From a virus, in the IMG/VR virus record IMGVR_UViG_3300010372_000004, positions 1 to 64,000 of that record: 64,000 nt of DNA; one strand, given 5' to 3'. The notes under the pieces were generated by a model. The model did no database searches. It saw only the letters and a list, made by a program, of their open reading frames with translations, and was not told the DNA's origin. Position numbers and translations under genes: made by a program. Positions 6,962 to 16,724 of the stretch are shown here, in pieces. The stretch's first letter is position 1, and every line of letters starts with the position of its first letter.

Positions 6962-9900
6962 TTAGCAGTTGATTGAAACAACCCCTGCATCTATATCTAC
7001 ACTGATTTTACCATTTGCGTCTGTCACTAATTGTCCATTATTTACAGAGAAACGAGTACCAACAGCTGGCTGTTGATTATCAGCAAGAACGAAATGAGGT
7101 TTGTTTAAATCTGCAAAGATGTAACCACGTTTCATCACACGACCTTGTCCTTTTCGTACACCAACTGAGTTTAAACTCATGACTGGAATATCATCAAGGG
7201 CAACGCCATAGACTTTATCATTACCGTTTGCTTTTCTAACGTAACCACCTCTTTTGGTTACAATGCTTCCTTTTGGAATGTACTCTTGAACAGCACCAGA
7301 TTCTGTTTTCCAGTTATATACAGACTCAGATACATCTGTAATTGTTGGATAGTAATCTCGACCATAAACGTACAAATCCGCAACCGCATTGGTTAATTGT
7401 GAATTAATTATATTGAGAATACTTTGATTACTCATACCAGTGAAATCTTGGTTGAAATTAATTGTGTTTACTACACCATCCACAGTCAATTTCAATTGCT
7501 TATTCTCAGTTCGACAATCACCAAGGCGTACACTTAAACTGGTGTATTTAACTCCACCATCGTAAAGATAAGCACCATCGGTTAAATCTTTACAACCAAA
7601 AGCAATCGCTGGTAATCCAAGGGAACCATCCTGAGTAATATACCCATCAATATATTCTCGGCTATCTACATAAATTGCTGCATCAGCATTCGATTGATTA
7701 TTTTTAATCAAAGTTGCAAAGGCACTTGATGTTGTATCAAAACGAATTGTTTTTCCTTCACCAACTGTATTTGATTTAAAGCGTAAACAAAGACCAGTTG
7801 ACACCAAGTTCTCAAACAGGAATGGTTCATTACCATGTCCGTAAACATGCCATTCAGCGTGATTGAACGAATCTCGGTTTAAAGTTGTATTGCCCGTCAA
7901 CCAAATATCCACGTATGCCAACATGTAGGCAACACCACCGAAGCTACAACCAGATAACTTTAATTTATCTTGCAACAATGAACCATCCGACTGCATCAAT
8001 ATTCCATACTTGTTGGTGATACTTGAGAAATTGAAGTCCTCAAAGAACCAGCCTGAAGGAACATTAAATTGAATGTTATTATGGCAAGCAAATGGGTGTC
8101 CTACGTCAGAATGTGCACGACCACCGTAAAGGTATGTTTCTTCACCTTCCCATGTTCCGATACCGAGTGGGTTAATAGCACCTTTATCACCTTTGTAAAC
8201 AAAACCTACATTGTGATAATTGTGAGTTGCGTTAGCACCTCTTGGGTTATCTTGATGCAAAGTGTAACGCAAGTTTTGAGCAATAAATGTCAAATCTTTT
8301 ACGTGAGCATCTTTAGCATAGTGATAAATCGTTTGATACTGTAGTCGTGGGTAGGTATTACCATCTGCGGAAGGACCAATGGCTGCATCATCATAAGGTA
8401 ACTCAGCCCAGAAGATGGTGTTGTTTTCACCTTGACCTTCAATGTCTACATGATCTTTCATTTCAATCATTGCTGGATAACCAAGATACCCAATAAAGTC
8501 CACCGCTTTATCAACCTTGTAAATACCTTTCTTCGCTTTAATAACGTATCGGTTATTTTCTGTGGCATCTGTAATACTATTTAAGGCTAACTGAACCGCA
8601 TTTGGTCCCTTAAACTTAAATTTAGTATCTGTTTCATTTAAATCAGGAGATACCCAAACTTCTGTTCTATTTACAGAAGAACCTTTAATCATTAAGTTAT
8701 GAGCAAGCTTAACTTTATTTGGTACATAACTTGAAGGAAAGTTCTCTCGTTTAGCAACAACCACAGTGTTCAGGATTGTTTTCAAAATAGTGAGTTTTAT
8801 ATATTTAGCATTGCTTGGAGTGCTAAATGTAAAATCACTAGCTGGTAGAGACTGACCAGAGATATAGGTCATGTTCTCGTCAAAAAAGGCGAACTGCTGA
8901 TAAAAGTTACTTGATGTTTTATAAACTGTAGAAGGTGAAACTTCATAAGGTCCAGCAGCGTAATAATCTGGATTAAACCCTAAATCACCGTTTTCGTACA
9001 TCACGTAAGCATTATCTACAATCTTACTTGTGTCTACAATATTCACAGTTTCAGCACCAATGAAGTCGTCTAAAACTTCTGGTAAATCTAATACTTGTGA
9101 GCTATATAGGCGCAAGTTATTTGCAATCCTAATATCATTAGATAGATATTCAAATGGATAAACAGCTTTTTTAGCAACAACAAGAGTTGCAAGGTCTGCT
9201 TTTTTGACTGTGAATTTTACATATTTTGCATTTGCAGGGGTCTTGAAAGATTTCCCGATACCTGTATTTGCTTGACCAGAAATATATGCCATATTTTCGT
9301 CAAAAAAGGCGAACTGCTGATCGTAAGCAGGGGTTACAGAATATTCGGTAGAAGGTGAAACTTCATAAGGTCCAGCAGCGTAATAACCAACGACTCCACC
9401 TATTTCACCATTTAGGTAATTTACATAAGCGTCATTCATTACCAATTTTTGGTCGATAATATTTATAGGTTCTAAGGCTAAAGCATTGGCAATGAATGAG
9501 TAAAGTTCTGGAAGTTGTTTCGCTTCAACAAAAAAATCTTTAAAACGTAAACCATACGGTTCGTATTCTTTAGGGAATAAGGAACTTTCAGCGACGACAA
9601 GACTATTTTCCAAACCTTTATCTACAGTTAAACGAATATACTTAGCGTTGCTCGGTGTAACTGTTTTAAAGCTTGGAGATACGTTAGCAACACCTGAAAT
9701 ATATTTTCCATATTTATCTAAATAGACAAATTGTTGACCATAGTTGTTTGAGAACTGATATTCAGTATTTGGTTTAATCTCATATGGACCAGCTACTGAG
9801 AAATTTTCAGATTCATATAGCTGTCCATCACCATAATTAATATAGTAACCCTGTAATAATTTAGATTTATCTAAAATATTTACAACATAAGCACCCAAAG

Positions 9901-11317
9901 TGTCTTTTACAACAGTGTCTATTCCGACTACTTGTGAAGCATCTGCTTGTAATTTTTTAGAACGTAAAACAAAAGGTATATAATTTTTAGGAAATTCATC
10001 GAACTTAGTGATCATTAAAGTATCAAGTTCAGTTACTTCAACTGTAATACCTAAGTATTTTGCATTTGCAGGGGTGTTGATCTCAAAATTAGGGCGAGTT
10101 GTTGCCTGACCTGAGATGTAGTTCATGTTTGCATCAAAAAGTGCATACTGTTGGTTATGTGTTGTTGAAATACGATACTTGGTATTTGCATCAATTTCAA
10201 AAGGACCAGCTGCTGCAAAACCTGAACCTGTTTTACCTTTCCAACCACCTGTGTAATCGTAGTACATACCAAGTTCTACTCTTTCTTTATCAAAGATGTT
10301 CACACCTCTTTGGAAAGCGTAGTTGAAATAATTTCTTTGGCTGTTTCGATTTAAATTATCGTAGATGGTTGCTTGTTCAGCACCAAGACCTATTTCTTTA
10401 TAAATATTGTGAATGAGTAAAATGCAGTCGTGCATATCACCCAAACCAATGGCAGAACCAATGATAAATTTTTTGGTTTTAACATTGAAGTATAAAGCAG
10501 TATCGTTTCGGATAATGATACAGTCAGTGACACCTGAAGGAGATGTAACTTTATAATCCTCAACACTCAATTGAGAAAGCATATCCTCATAAAACTGAGT
10601 TAAAGTTATCTCAGTCACCCCAAAACGATCAGGGTAAATCATGAAACAAATATCTGAGTTTGGAGAAGCATATGGTTTGAAATACAATAAAGCTTCTTCT
10701 GGCTTTTTCTCGTAATACGGAGCTATAAATCGTGTGCTTTGTCTCGTATAGAAAGGGTCCATGACTTTTTCATTAATCATTTGACTTGCTAAAGTGACAA
10801 TATCAGAACTACTCTTGGTAAATGTACCACCAGAGTACAACCATTCACCGTTGTTGCTTGGGTCTGGGTCATTGAATACAGTTACTTTTGAATTGTTTGC
10901 AATGTTTGCCTTATCAGCATCCATAGCAGCATAAGTAACATAACCTTTATTTCCAGAAAGGCTAATTGCGTTTATTTTATTATCTAAACCTTGTTCAGCA
11001 GCCATAGCTCTGGTTTTTTCAGCACTGATATTTCTATCTAATAAACTCACTTTACCATCTACAGTTGCCACTTTATCGCTCAAGACTTTGGCTTCTGCAT
11101 CAAACTTATCTTGAGCTGCTTGAAGAACTTCATCAGCTTCATGCAAGAAAATAGCTGTGATTTGTCCTAGTTCTAAGGCTTCACAGTTTTTAAATCCATC
11201 AGGTAAAAAACCTACTGGAACTTTACATTTTTTAAAAATAGTTAAGTCAGTACCTAAGTCGTTTGGTACAACTAAGTCTCTTAACTTTCTGGCATGGATA
11301 TTCACAAATTCAGACAT
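6962..11317 (-). CDS. Tail fibre/spike with four ~140-aa beta-rich repeats and a putative beta-helix depolymerase region
   Basis: N-terminal coiled coil and KGYVTYAAMDADKANI...NNGEW motif; repeats AGP[FY]E...QQ...YISG...TP.NAKY; AVQLALNSI...GIY...IEGQG pattern typical of pectin-lyase-like starts. Confidence 0.8.
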   Translation of the reverse strand: MSEFVNIHARKLRDLVVPNDLGTDLTIFKKCKVPVGFLPDGFKNCEALELGQITAIFLHEADEVLQAAQDKFDAEAKVLSDKVATVDGKVSLLDRNISAEKTRAMAAEQGLDNKINAISLSGNKGYVTYAAMDADKANIANNSKVTVFNDPDPSNNGEWLYSGGTFTKSSSDIVTLASQMINEKVMDPFYTRQSTRFIAPYYEKKPEEALLYFKPYASPNSDICFMIYPDRFGVTEITLTQFYEDMLSQLSVEDYKVTSPSGVTDCIIIRNDTALYFNVKTKKFIIGSAIGLGDMHDCILLIHNIYKEIGLGAEQATIYDNLNRNSQRNYFNYAFQRGVNIFDKERVELGMYYDYTGGWKGKTGSGFAAAGPFEIDANTKYRISTTHNQQYALFDANMNYISGQATTRPNFEINTPANAKYLGITVEVTELDTLMITKFDEFPKNYIPFVLRSKKLQADASQVVGIDTVVKDTLGAYVVNILDKSKLLQGYYINYGDGQLYESENFSVAGPYEIKPNTEYQFSNNYGQQFVYLDKYGKYISGVANVSPSFKTVTPSNAKYIRLTVDKGLENSLVVAESSLFPKEYEPYGLRFKDFFVEAKQLPELYSFIANALALEPINIIDQKLVMNDAYVNYLNGEIGGVVGYYAAGPYEVSPSTEYSVTPAYDQQFAFFDENMAYISGQANTGIGKSFKTPANAKYVKFTVKKADLATLVVAKKAVYPFEYLSNDIRIANNLRLYSSQVLDLPEVLDDFIGAETVNIVDTSKIVDNAYVMYENGDLGFNPDYYAAGPYEVSPSTVYKTSSNFYQQFAFFDENMTYISGQSLPASDFTFSTPSNAKYIKLTILKTILNTVVVAKRENFPSSYVPNKVKLAHNLMIKGSSVNRTEVWVSPDLNETDTKFKFKGPNAVQLALNSITDATENNRYVIKAKKGIYKVDKAVDFIGYLGYPAMIEMKDHVDIEGQGENNTIFWAELPYDDAAIGPSADGNTYPRLQYQTIYHYAKDAHVKDLTFIAQNLRYTLHQDNPRGANATHNYHNVGFVYKGDKGAINPLGIGTWEGEETYLYGGRAHSDVGHPFACHNNIQFNVPSGWFFEDFNFSSITNKYGILMQSDGSLLQDKLKLSGCSFGGVAYMLAYVDIWLTGNTTLNRDSFNHAEWHVYGHGNEPFLFENLVSTGLCLRFKSNTVGEGKTIRFDTTSSAFATLIKNNQSNADAAIYVDSREYIDGYITQDGSLGLPAIAFGCKDLTDGAYLYDGGVKYTSLSVRLGDCRTENKQLKLTVDGVVNTINFNQDFTGMSNQSILNIINSQLTNAVADLYVYGRDYYPTITDVSESVYNWKTESGAVQEYIPKGSIVTKRGGYVRKANGNDKVYGVALDDIPVMSLNSVGVRKGQGRVMKRGYIFADLNKPHFVLADNQQPAVGTRFSVNNGQLVTDANGKISVDIDAGVVSINC

Positions 11318-11319
11318 AA

Positions 11320-11354
11320 AAATATCTCCTTAATTCAGGAGATATTCTAACAGC
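11320..11354 (-). promoter_or_regulatory. Extended -10 promoter overlapping an SD-occluding hairpin
   Basis: GCTGTTAGAATA (identical to 6154-6165) runs into AATATCTCCT/AGGAGATATT. Confidence 0.65.
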
Positions 11355-11393
11355 TTATTTTATGTTGACTGAGACTTTTTCATAGAAAAATTA

Positions 11394-11846
11394 TCAGTCA
11401 CTTTTGTCAGTTTTTAATGCTTTAGATTTTTTCGGGTCATCAGTGGCTGTTAAATCAACAACGTCACTTGAAAGAGCAGAGCCATAGTCTGTTGTTAAAG
11501 TTCCACCCACAGTGTTTGTATCTGTTTTCGCTGGGCTTGCTTTACCATTGGGGTTATTTAAACCAGCTTTGAACTGATCTACAAAAGCTTCTGCAGCTTT
11601 ATCATCTTCAGCAATATTAAAGACCACTGGCTTTTCCAATTCGTCCAACCATGCTTTAGATTTTTCAGCATAATATAAACGAGTAGGTACAACATAATTT
11701 TCATCTTTGCTAAACTTTAAAAATTCTTCAAAGATGGCTTCACCTTTGCCATTCGCTGCCTTAAAAGATTCTTTTTTATTTAAAAGAAGAATGCTTGAGT
11801 CACCCGACTTTTTGGTTAATTGTATTGCCATAGTTGTTACCTTCAA
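11394..11846 (-). CDS. Hypothetical protein
   Basis: 150-aa ORF; start may be the second Met. Confidence 0.75.
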   Translation of the reverse strand: MKVTTMAIQLTKKSGDSSILLLNKKESFKAANGKGEAIFEEFLKFSKDENYVVPTRLYYAEKSKAWLDELEKPVVFNIAEDDKAAEAFVDQFKAGLNNPNGKASPAKTDTNTVGGTLTTDYGSALSSDVVDLTATDDPKKSKALKTDKSD

Positions 11847-12655
11847 TCCATAGTCATTCGAGCACCATCTGTTTTAACTGGATGAATACTCATGTGTTTA
11901 GATAGTTCTTCGTTTGTGACCCAGATAGGGCAAACGAGTGAATACCACATTCTAACTTCATTCCAATTTTCTGTCAGCTTTTTAGCTAATTTCTCATCGA
12001 AATCAGGTATTGTTTCTGGGATACCAAAATTTAAATAATCTTGTTCTAAACAAAATTGAACCCAGTTTTTTTCTGGTTCAGCTAAGTTAGACCAAGCTTT
12101 TTCACCGAAACCTTTCAACCCTTTAATATTATCACCAGAGTCTCCCACCAGTGTTTTATATAAAGGGATTTCTTCAGGCGTTTTACAGTAATTAGGTAAC
12201 TTAGATTGTGGTTGTGTTACACCAGTGATTGCTGTCTGATCAAATAAATCGGCATCGTTTGAAGCAATTTCAATATCTACATCATTACCATAGGTTTGTT
12301 TTAGTAAACGAATCAAGGAACGAATAATATCGTCGGCTTCGACCTTGGGTATGTCAATGATGGAGACACCGCCCATTTCTGGGAGGTCTTGTTTTTTAAA
12401 CTGGTTCAACAATTCATACTTGGTTGGGTCTTGTTTATTTTTTTCACGAGATTTTGTATTCTTATATTCAGAATAAATATCTCGTCGTTTGGCACGTGAG
12501 TCAAAACCATCAAAGGTCCAATAAACAAAATCAAAACCAAAGTTAAGCTGTTGACAACGTCGAACCAAGTCTGGGTAACTTGTGGCTTTTGCATAATTGA
12601 TCAGGAATTGGTTTGCTCCATCAATTAAACGAATCTTAATTTTTCGTTGCTGCAT
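11843..12655 (-). CDS. 5'-3' exonuclease / flap endonuclease
   Basis: LIDG, FDG, R..IY..YK, EADD, DAD, H3TH GDSGDNIKGLKGFG. Confidence 0.92.
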   Translation of the reverse strand: MQQRKIKIRLIDGANQFLINYAKATSYPDLVRRCQQLNFGFDFVYWTFDGFDSRAKRRDIYSEYKNTKSREKNKQDPTKYELLNQFKKQDLPEMGGVSIIDIPKVEADDIIRSLIRLLKQTYGNDVDIEIASNDADLFDQTAITGVTQPQSKLPNYCKTPEEIPLYKTLVGDSGDNIKGLKGFGEKAWSNLAEPEKNWVQFCLEQDYLNFGIPETIPDFDEKLAKKLTENWNEVRMWYSLVCPIWVTNEELSKHMSIHPVKTDGARMTMD

Positions 12656-13274
12656 CTTTAGTTTCTCCTGTGTGAATCCATCTATCTAATCTAAGCTTTA
12701 TCGCCTGATAGCCTGTGTTGTACTTTATTTGCATTTCTTTATTTGTTAAACCATTGTGATAGTCCTGAATAAATTCATCTTTCGATATATTTAAACGAGT
12801 CAGTTTTGTTACATAATCAGCATACTTCTTGGTTCTTTTACCTTTATGAGCATTACTCATACTTTCTCGATATTTTGGGTCTTTCCATTTTTCTTTCATT
12901 ATGTTGCTTATTTTCTTACTTGGGTTTTTTTGAGTTCCTTTTTTATTTTGTTTATATTCTTCACACCATGTGAAACCTTCGTCTCCACCTGTGTTTTGGT
13001 TATACCCTTTAGGCATCAAACAATCATACTTAGAAATATATTCTTTCTCTAAATTATTTAAATCTTCACTAGAGAAACAACCTTCAGCTAGTACATTTAT
13101 TTGGAAAATATCCCACCCATATTTCAAAGCATCTTGGTAAAGAGGGTTTTTAGCGTTGCTTATTCGTTTAGAATCTGTTTTATGAGCTGTTATTCTTTTC
13201 CGTAATTCTTTAACTGTTTTACCAATATAAATTTTACCATTTACAGTATTTTTTATTTTATAAATACAAGCCAT
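12636..13274 (-). mobile_element. Free-standing GIY-YIG homing endonuclease gene
   Basis: CIYKI...KIYIGKT, R...H, LEKEYI, GYN; NUMOD-like basic C-terminus. Confidence 0.9.
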
Positions 13275-13352
13275 AATTTAGTCCATCAATGAGGGTGATT
13301 ACTAAACATAAAATACCATCAATTACTATTAATTAATAGGTTTATATAAAAA

Positions 13353-13383
13353 GAAAAAATCCCCGATCAAAGATCAGGGATTT
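13353..13383 (-). terminator. Terminator
   Basis: AAATCCCTGATC-ttt-GATCGGGGATTT followed by a U-run. Confidence 0.75.
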
Positions 13384-13402
13384 GAAGATAAACTATCTGG
13401 TT

Positions 13403-14146
13403 TTAAACTTCTTTTAAGATCAACTTTTTAAAGTTACCTTTGTCGTTTTTAATTTCTTCACCAGATAATTCAATCAGGATGTTTTCACCACGTTTTCCAG
13501 CAGCTAAAGCTTTATCCCAAACACCTTTCAACAGTTTTGATGCTGTGTAAGGAGTTGAATAACCAAACATGGTTCCAGCAGGGATTGTTACTTTACCATC
13601 TAGGCTTGTAGTATCTTCAGCAAGTTCTAAGGTTAATTCAAAACCTAAGTACGTGTAAGAAGCAGGGTCTTTTTGCTTACACAAAGCTACGTTTTCAGCC
13701 CAAGGCATACCGTTGTGAGCAGCATTGAGACTTACAGTAGTCGCATTGTCATACGTTTTTGTGTAAACATAACCAGCTGGTGAATTGTAGTTACAAGCAT
13801 GGAAAGGTTGGAATGAACCGCCAGCGTGAGAGCCTTCAATTTTTAATTTGAATTTAGTTGGTCCAAACTTTTGTTCGTCTAATTCCAAACCACCGTCTCG
13901 TAATTTTACGAAAGCAGATACAGCACTCACGGCAGCAACTGAAGCATCATCCATCGACATTACAGCAGCTGGTTGATGTTTAGCAACAGCATGTGTTTGA
14001 GCAACGGCTGGGGCTAAGGTTTGGGCTTGTTGAACATTTTGAGAAGCTTGTTGTTCTTGTTGAACAACTTCAGCAGCTTGTTCAGGTTGAACTTGTGCAG
14101 CAGCTGCAGCTAAAGCGTCTTGTACTGGATTTGCAGAGTTAGTCAT
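13403..14146 (-). CDS. Putative single-stranded DNA-binding protein
   Basis: Lies between helicase and exonuclease, has its own promoter and terminator, beta-rich core; function inferred from context only. Confidence 0.45.
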   Translation of the reverse strand: MTNSANPVQDALAAAAAQVQPEQAAEVVQQEQQASQNVQQAQTLAPAVAQTHAVAKHQPAAVMSMDDASVAAVSAVSAFVKLRDGGLELDEQKFGPTKFKLKIEGSHAGGSFQPFHACNYNSPAGYVYTKTYDNATTVSLNAAHNGMPWAENVALCKQKDPASYTYLGFELTLELAEDTTSLDGKVTIPAGTMFGYSTPYTASKLLKGVWDKALAAGKRGENILIELSGEEIKNDKGNFKKLILKEV

Positions 14147-14263
14147 AAGATTTCTCTTTATGTTAAATGTTAAATGTTAGAGTAAAAATTATCACCTAAC
14201 ACACAATTAAAGTCTTTCGGTCAAAGCCTACTTCGTTTAATCAGTTATTAGGTGATAACAGCT

Positions 14264-14292
14264 ATATTGTCTGAAAAAGATAATGCTGTCAA
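14264..14292 (-). promoter_or_regulatory. Sigma70-like promoter
   Basis: TTGACA-17 nt-CAATAT. Confidence 0.55.
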
Positions 14293-14312
14293 ATAAAATT
14301 TAAAAATTATTT

Positions 14313-15929
14313 TCAAGCGATCATTTTTTCACCAACTTCTTTAAATGTCATAAATTCACTAAGTAACTCACTGAAATCATTAGAAATATTTTCAGATTTA
14401 ACTTTAGGGAAATAAATGACAGGGTTATCTGGGTTAGCTGCATGACTACTTTTTGAGTTGTAATGCACCGCCCACATCACATATTGATCTGCAGAATTTT
14501 CATATTCTAAACAAATAATACGCAATAACTCAGAACGAATACCACGTTTAGCACGTGCCACCGCTTGTAAAAACTCATCATCCCCATAGTTTAGACTATG
14601 GAAAATTACAGTATTTACGTGACCCCAGTTGTAGCCCACCCCTGCTGTCGCTGCAGAAGCAATGATACAATCCAGATTTCCATTTCTAAATTCTTCATCA
14701 ATTTTGTCACGACGATGACGAGGTATTTGTCCATGAATTACACCAACTTTGTATCCTTTTTTGGATAACGCTTCGGCAACTGCTTCAATCTCAGCCGTGA
14801 ACGTACCAAATACGACGAACGGTTCCCCTTCTTCGGCATACTCAAAGATACGCTCCATTTTTGGGGTAATTCCATCGAACAAGCAAACATCCTGATACTT
14901 TGTTGGGCTTCCTTTAGAGTCCCATTCAATTGGGAGATTGATTCTGTTAGGGTGTGCAAGGATTTGGCGAACTCTAAGGCTGTTGGTTCCACCTGTTTTA
15001 GCTTCCAGAACAATATCTTTGATTTCGGCAATACCAGCTTGTTCAAAGGTACGGTAAACGGATGAGACACTGGCTTCCATTGGTAAAACGTCACGCAAAA
15101 TAACTTCATCAACATCACCATACATATCTTTAGCAGTCCAACATATTGAATAGTTCAATAAAAATTTCTGCAAAACATCGTGATTAATCCACTCGGTTGG
15201 GGAATTATATTCATCCAAAATAGCGTGTTTGGCTAAGAAAAAATCATAAGAATGATAATAATTTCTTTGAATCATGTGACAGTAAACGTAAGCCGATGTT
15301 AGTTTGCCACGTGGTGTTGGGGTCGCTGTCATAAAATTAATACGACACCAATCTGGTGTACCTTGAACAAAAGCTTGGGTTCGTTTACTTCCCCAACCAC
15401 GGTAATATAAATGAGGTTCATCACAAATTACCTGAACAATATCAGCAAATTTGTGGCGCATTTCTACAATATATTTTGCATAGGCTTCTGCAGTCATCAG
15501 CCAGACTAGAACATTAGGGTCTAAAGCAATCTTCTTTTTCTGAGCTGCTGTACCTTTAATAATTTGAACTTGGTCAGGGGTTAAATCTGGATTCCAGTCT
15601 AAAATCTCTTGTTGATTTTTCTTAATCAGAGAAGATGGTTGAATCCAAATTACTCGACAGTTAAATTTTCCCCCTGTAACAATACGAGCCGATGTTGCTT
15701 GTAGAAAATTATTCATCGAGAAAGTTGAAGTCGATTTCCCCAAATTCGCTGTCTGGGTCTTCGGCAATAATTGTATAATCTGTTGGGGTTGAATCCTCAA
15801 TAGATACCCTGTCAGAGCACACTCCGTTGGTGTTTTCCCTGTCCCAGCTTGGCTCCGATCTAGGAATCTGGGGTTCGCTAAGAACTTTTGGAACGATTTT
15901 ATTTGTTTTTCTCTCAACATTAATGTCAT
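14313..15929 (-). CDS. SF2 (SNF2-like) helicase
   Basis: AGTGKT, DEPH, TAT, IHG, GVGYN, QAVAR..R. Confidence 0.92.
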   Translation of the reverse strand: MTLMLREKQIKSFQKFLANPRFLDRSQAGTGKTPTECALTGYLLRIQPQQIIQLLPKTQTANLGKSTSTFSMNNFLQATSARIVTGGKFNCRVIWIQPSSLIKKNQQEILDWNPDLTPDQVQIIKGTAAQKKKIALDPNVLVWLMTAEAYAKYIVEMRHKFADIVQVICDEPHLYYRGWGSKRTQAFVQGTPDWCRINFMTATPTPRGKLTSAYVYCHMIQRNYYHSYDFFLAKHAILDEYNSPTEWINHDVLQKFLLNYSICWTAKDMYGDVDEVILRDVLPMEASVSSVYRTFEQAGIAEIKDIVLEAKTGGTNSLRVRQILAHPNRINLPIEWDSKGSPTKYQDVCLFDGITPKMERIFEYAEEGEPFVVFGTFTAEIEAVAEALSKKGYKVGVIHGQIPRHRRDKIDEEFRNGNLDCIIASAATAGVGYNWGHVNTVIFHSLNYGDDEFLQAVARAKRGIRSELLRIICLEYENSADQYVMWAVHYNSKSSHAANPDNPVIYFPKVKSENISNDFSELLSEFMTFKEVGEKMIA

Positions 15930-16209
15930 CTTTGCTTACTCCCATGAGTGTTGTTTGTAAATTTAGAAAACGATTAGTAAATTCCTGATCGTTCAGTGTT
16001 CGAATCAATTCGAAAATATTTGCTGTAGAAGGTGTGTCATAACCAGCGAAGATTTGAGCCAGTTGGTTTTCATTTTTTAAACCAAGGCTGCTACATAAAA
16101 TACCGATTAGTTCATCCCGATTGGAACGAACTAAAAGGTGATTTTCTAAGAGTTGACCAAATTCTATAGCAAATAATGTATCAAGATTTCGTTGATTTTG
16201 TTTTATCAT
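15709..16209 (-). CDS. Putative HTH DNA-binding protein
   Basis: QLAQIFAGYDTPSTANIFELIRTL resembles the end of an XRE HTH; 3' part overlaps the helicase. Confidence 0.45.
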   Translation of the reverse strand: MIKQNQRNLDTLFAIEFGQLLENHLLVRSNRDELIGILCSSLGLKNENQLAQIFAGYDTPSTANIFELIRTLNDQEFTNRFLNLQTTLMGVSKDDINVERKTNKIVPKVLSEPQIPRSEPSWDRENTNGVCSDRVSIEDSTPTDYTIIAEDPDSEFGEIDFNFLDE

Positions 16210-16477
16210 TGAAGATTGAACCCAATAAGAACGCAGTGATATTTAAAAACCACTCTTGGAGTGTTTGAAACACTAAAGAGAGTATCCTGAAAAACAATGC
16301 TGTGATTATTACAGCAAAACAAATAACCATTGCCATTATGATGAATGGTACTTTTTCATTTCGTTTATTCACACCCATATTTTCTTTAATACGAAGTAAA
16401 AAGGGTAATAAAAACCAAATGGTGTAAACCATTAAGAACAGCATAAAGGTTGGGTTTAATGTGAACTGATATGTCAT
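16181..16477 (-). CDS. Membrane protein (two TM segments)
   Basis: Two hydrophobic stretches; start coupled to upstream stop. Confidence 0.7.
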   Translation of the reverse strand: MTYQFTLNPTFMLFLMVYTIWFLLPFLLRIKENMGVNKRNEKVPFIIMAMVICFAVIITALFFRILSLVFQTLQEWFLNITAFLLGSIFNDKTKSTKS

Positions 16478-16707
16478 ATTGTGATCTCCCACATTTCGCC
16501 ATTTTCTATTTTGGCTAATGTTTCTGGTGAAATGTTAATTAAGAAACCATGTTGTGTTCTTTGAATACAATCATGTTTGGCTTGAGTATAATTTGTTGTT
16601 GCAAACACCATTGGTATCACCAATGGGTCTACAACAACATGCACCCAATTTTGACTACGTTCAATATCGTCCATAGTCAACATATTTGGAAATGCAGAGC
16701 TTAACAT
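16474..16707 (-). CDS. Hypothetical protein
   Basis: 77-aa ORF with GAGGG RBS. Confidence 0.7.
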   Translation of the reverse strand: MLSSAFPNMLTMDDIERSQNWVHVVVDPLVIPMVFATTNYTQAKHDCIQRTQHGFLINISPETLAKIENGEMWEITI

Positions 16708-16724
16708 TTTTAAAACCCTCTTAC

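Noticed and set aside
8877-9386. Diversity-generating retroelement TR/VR pair
   Set aside because: Both copies are in-frame protein repeats, differences are not adenine-specific, and no reverse transcriptase is in the window.
12636-13274. Group I intron around the GIY-YIG gene
   Set aside because: Flanking genes appear complete and there is no room for an intron core.
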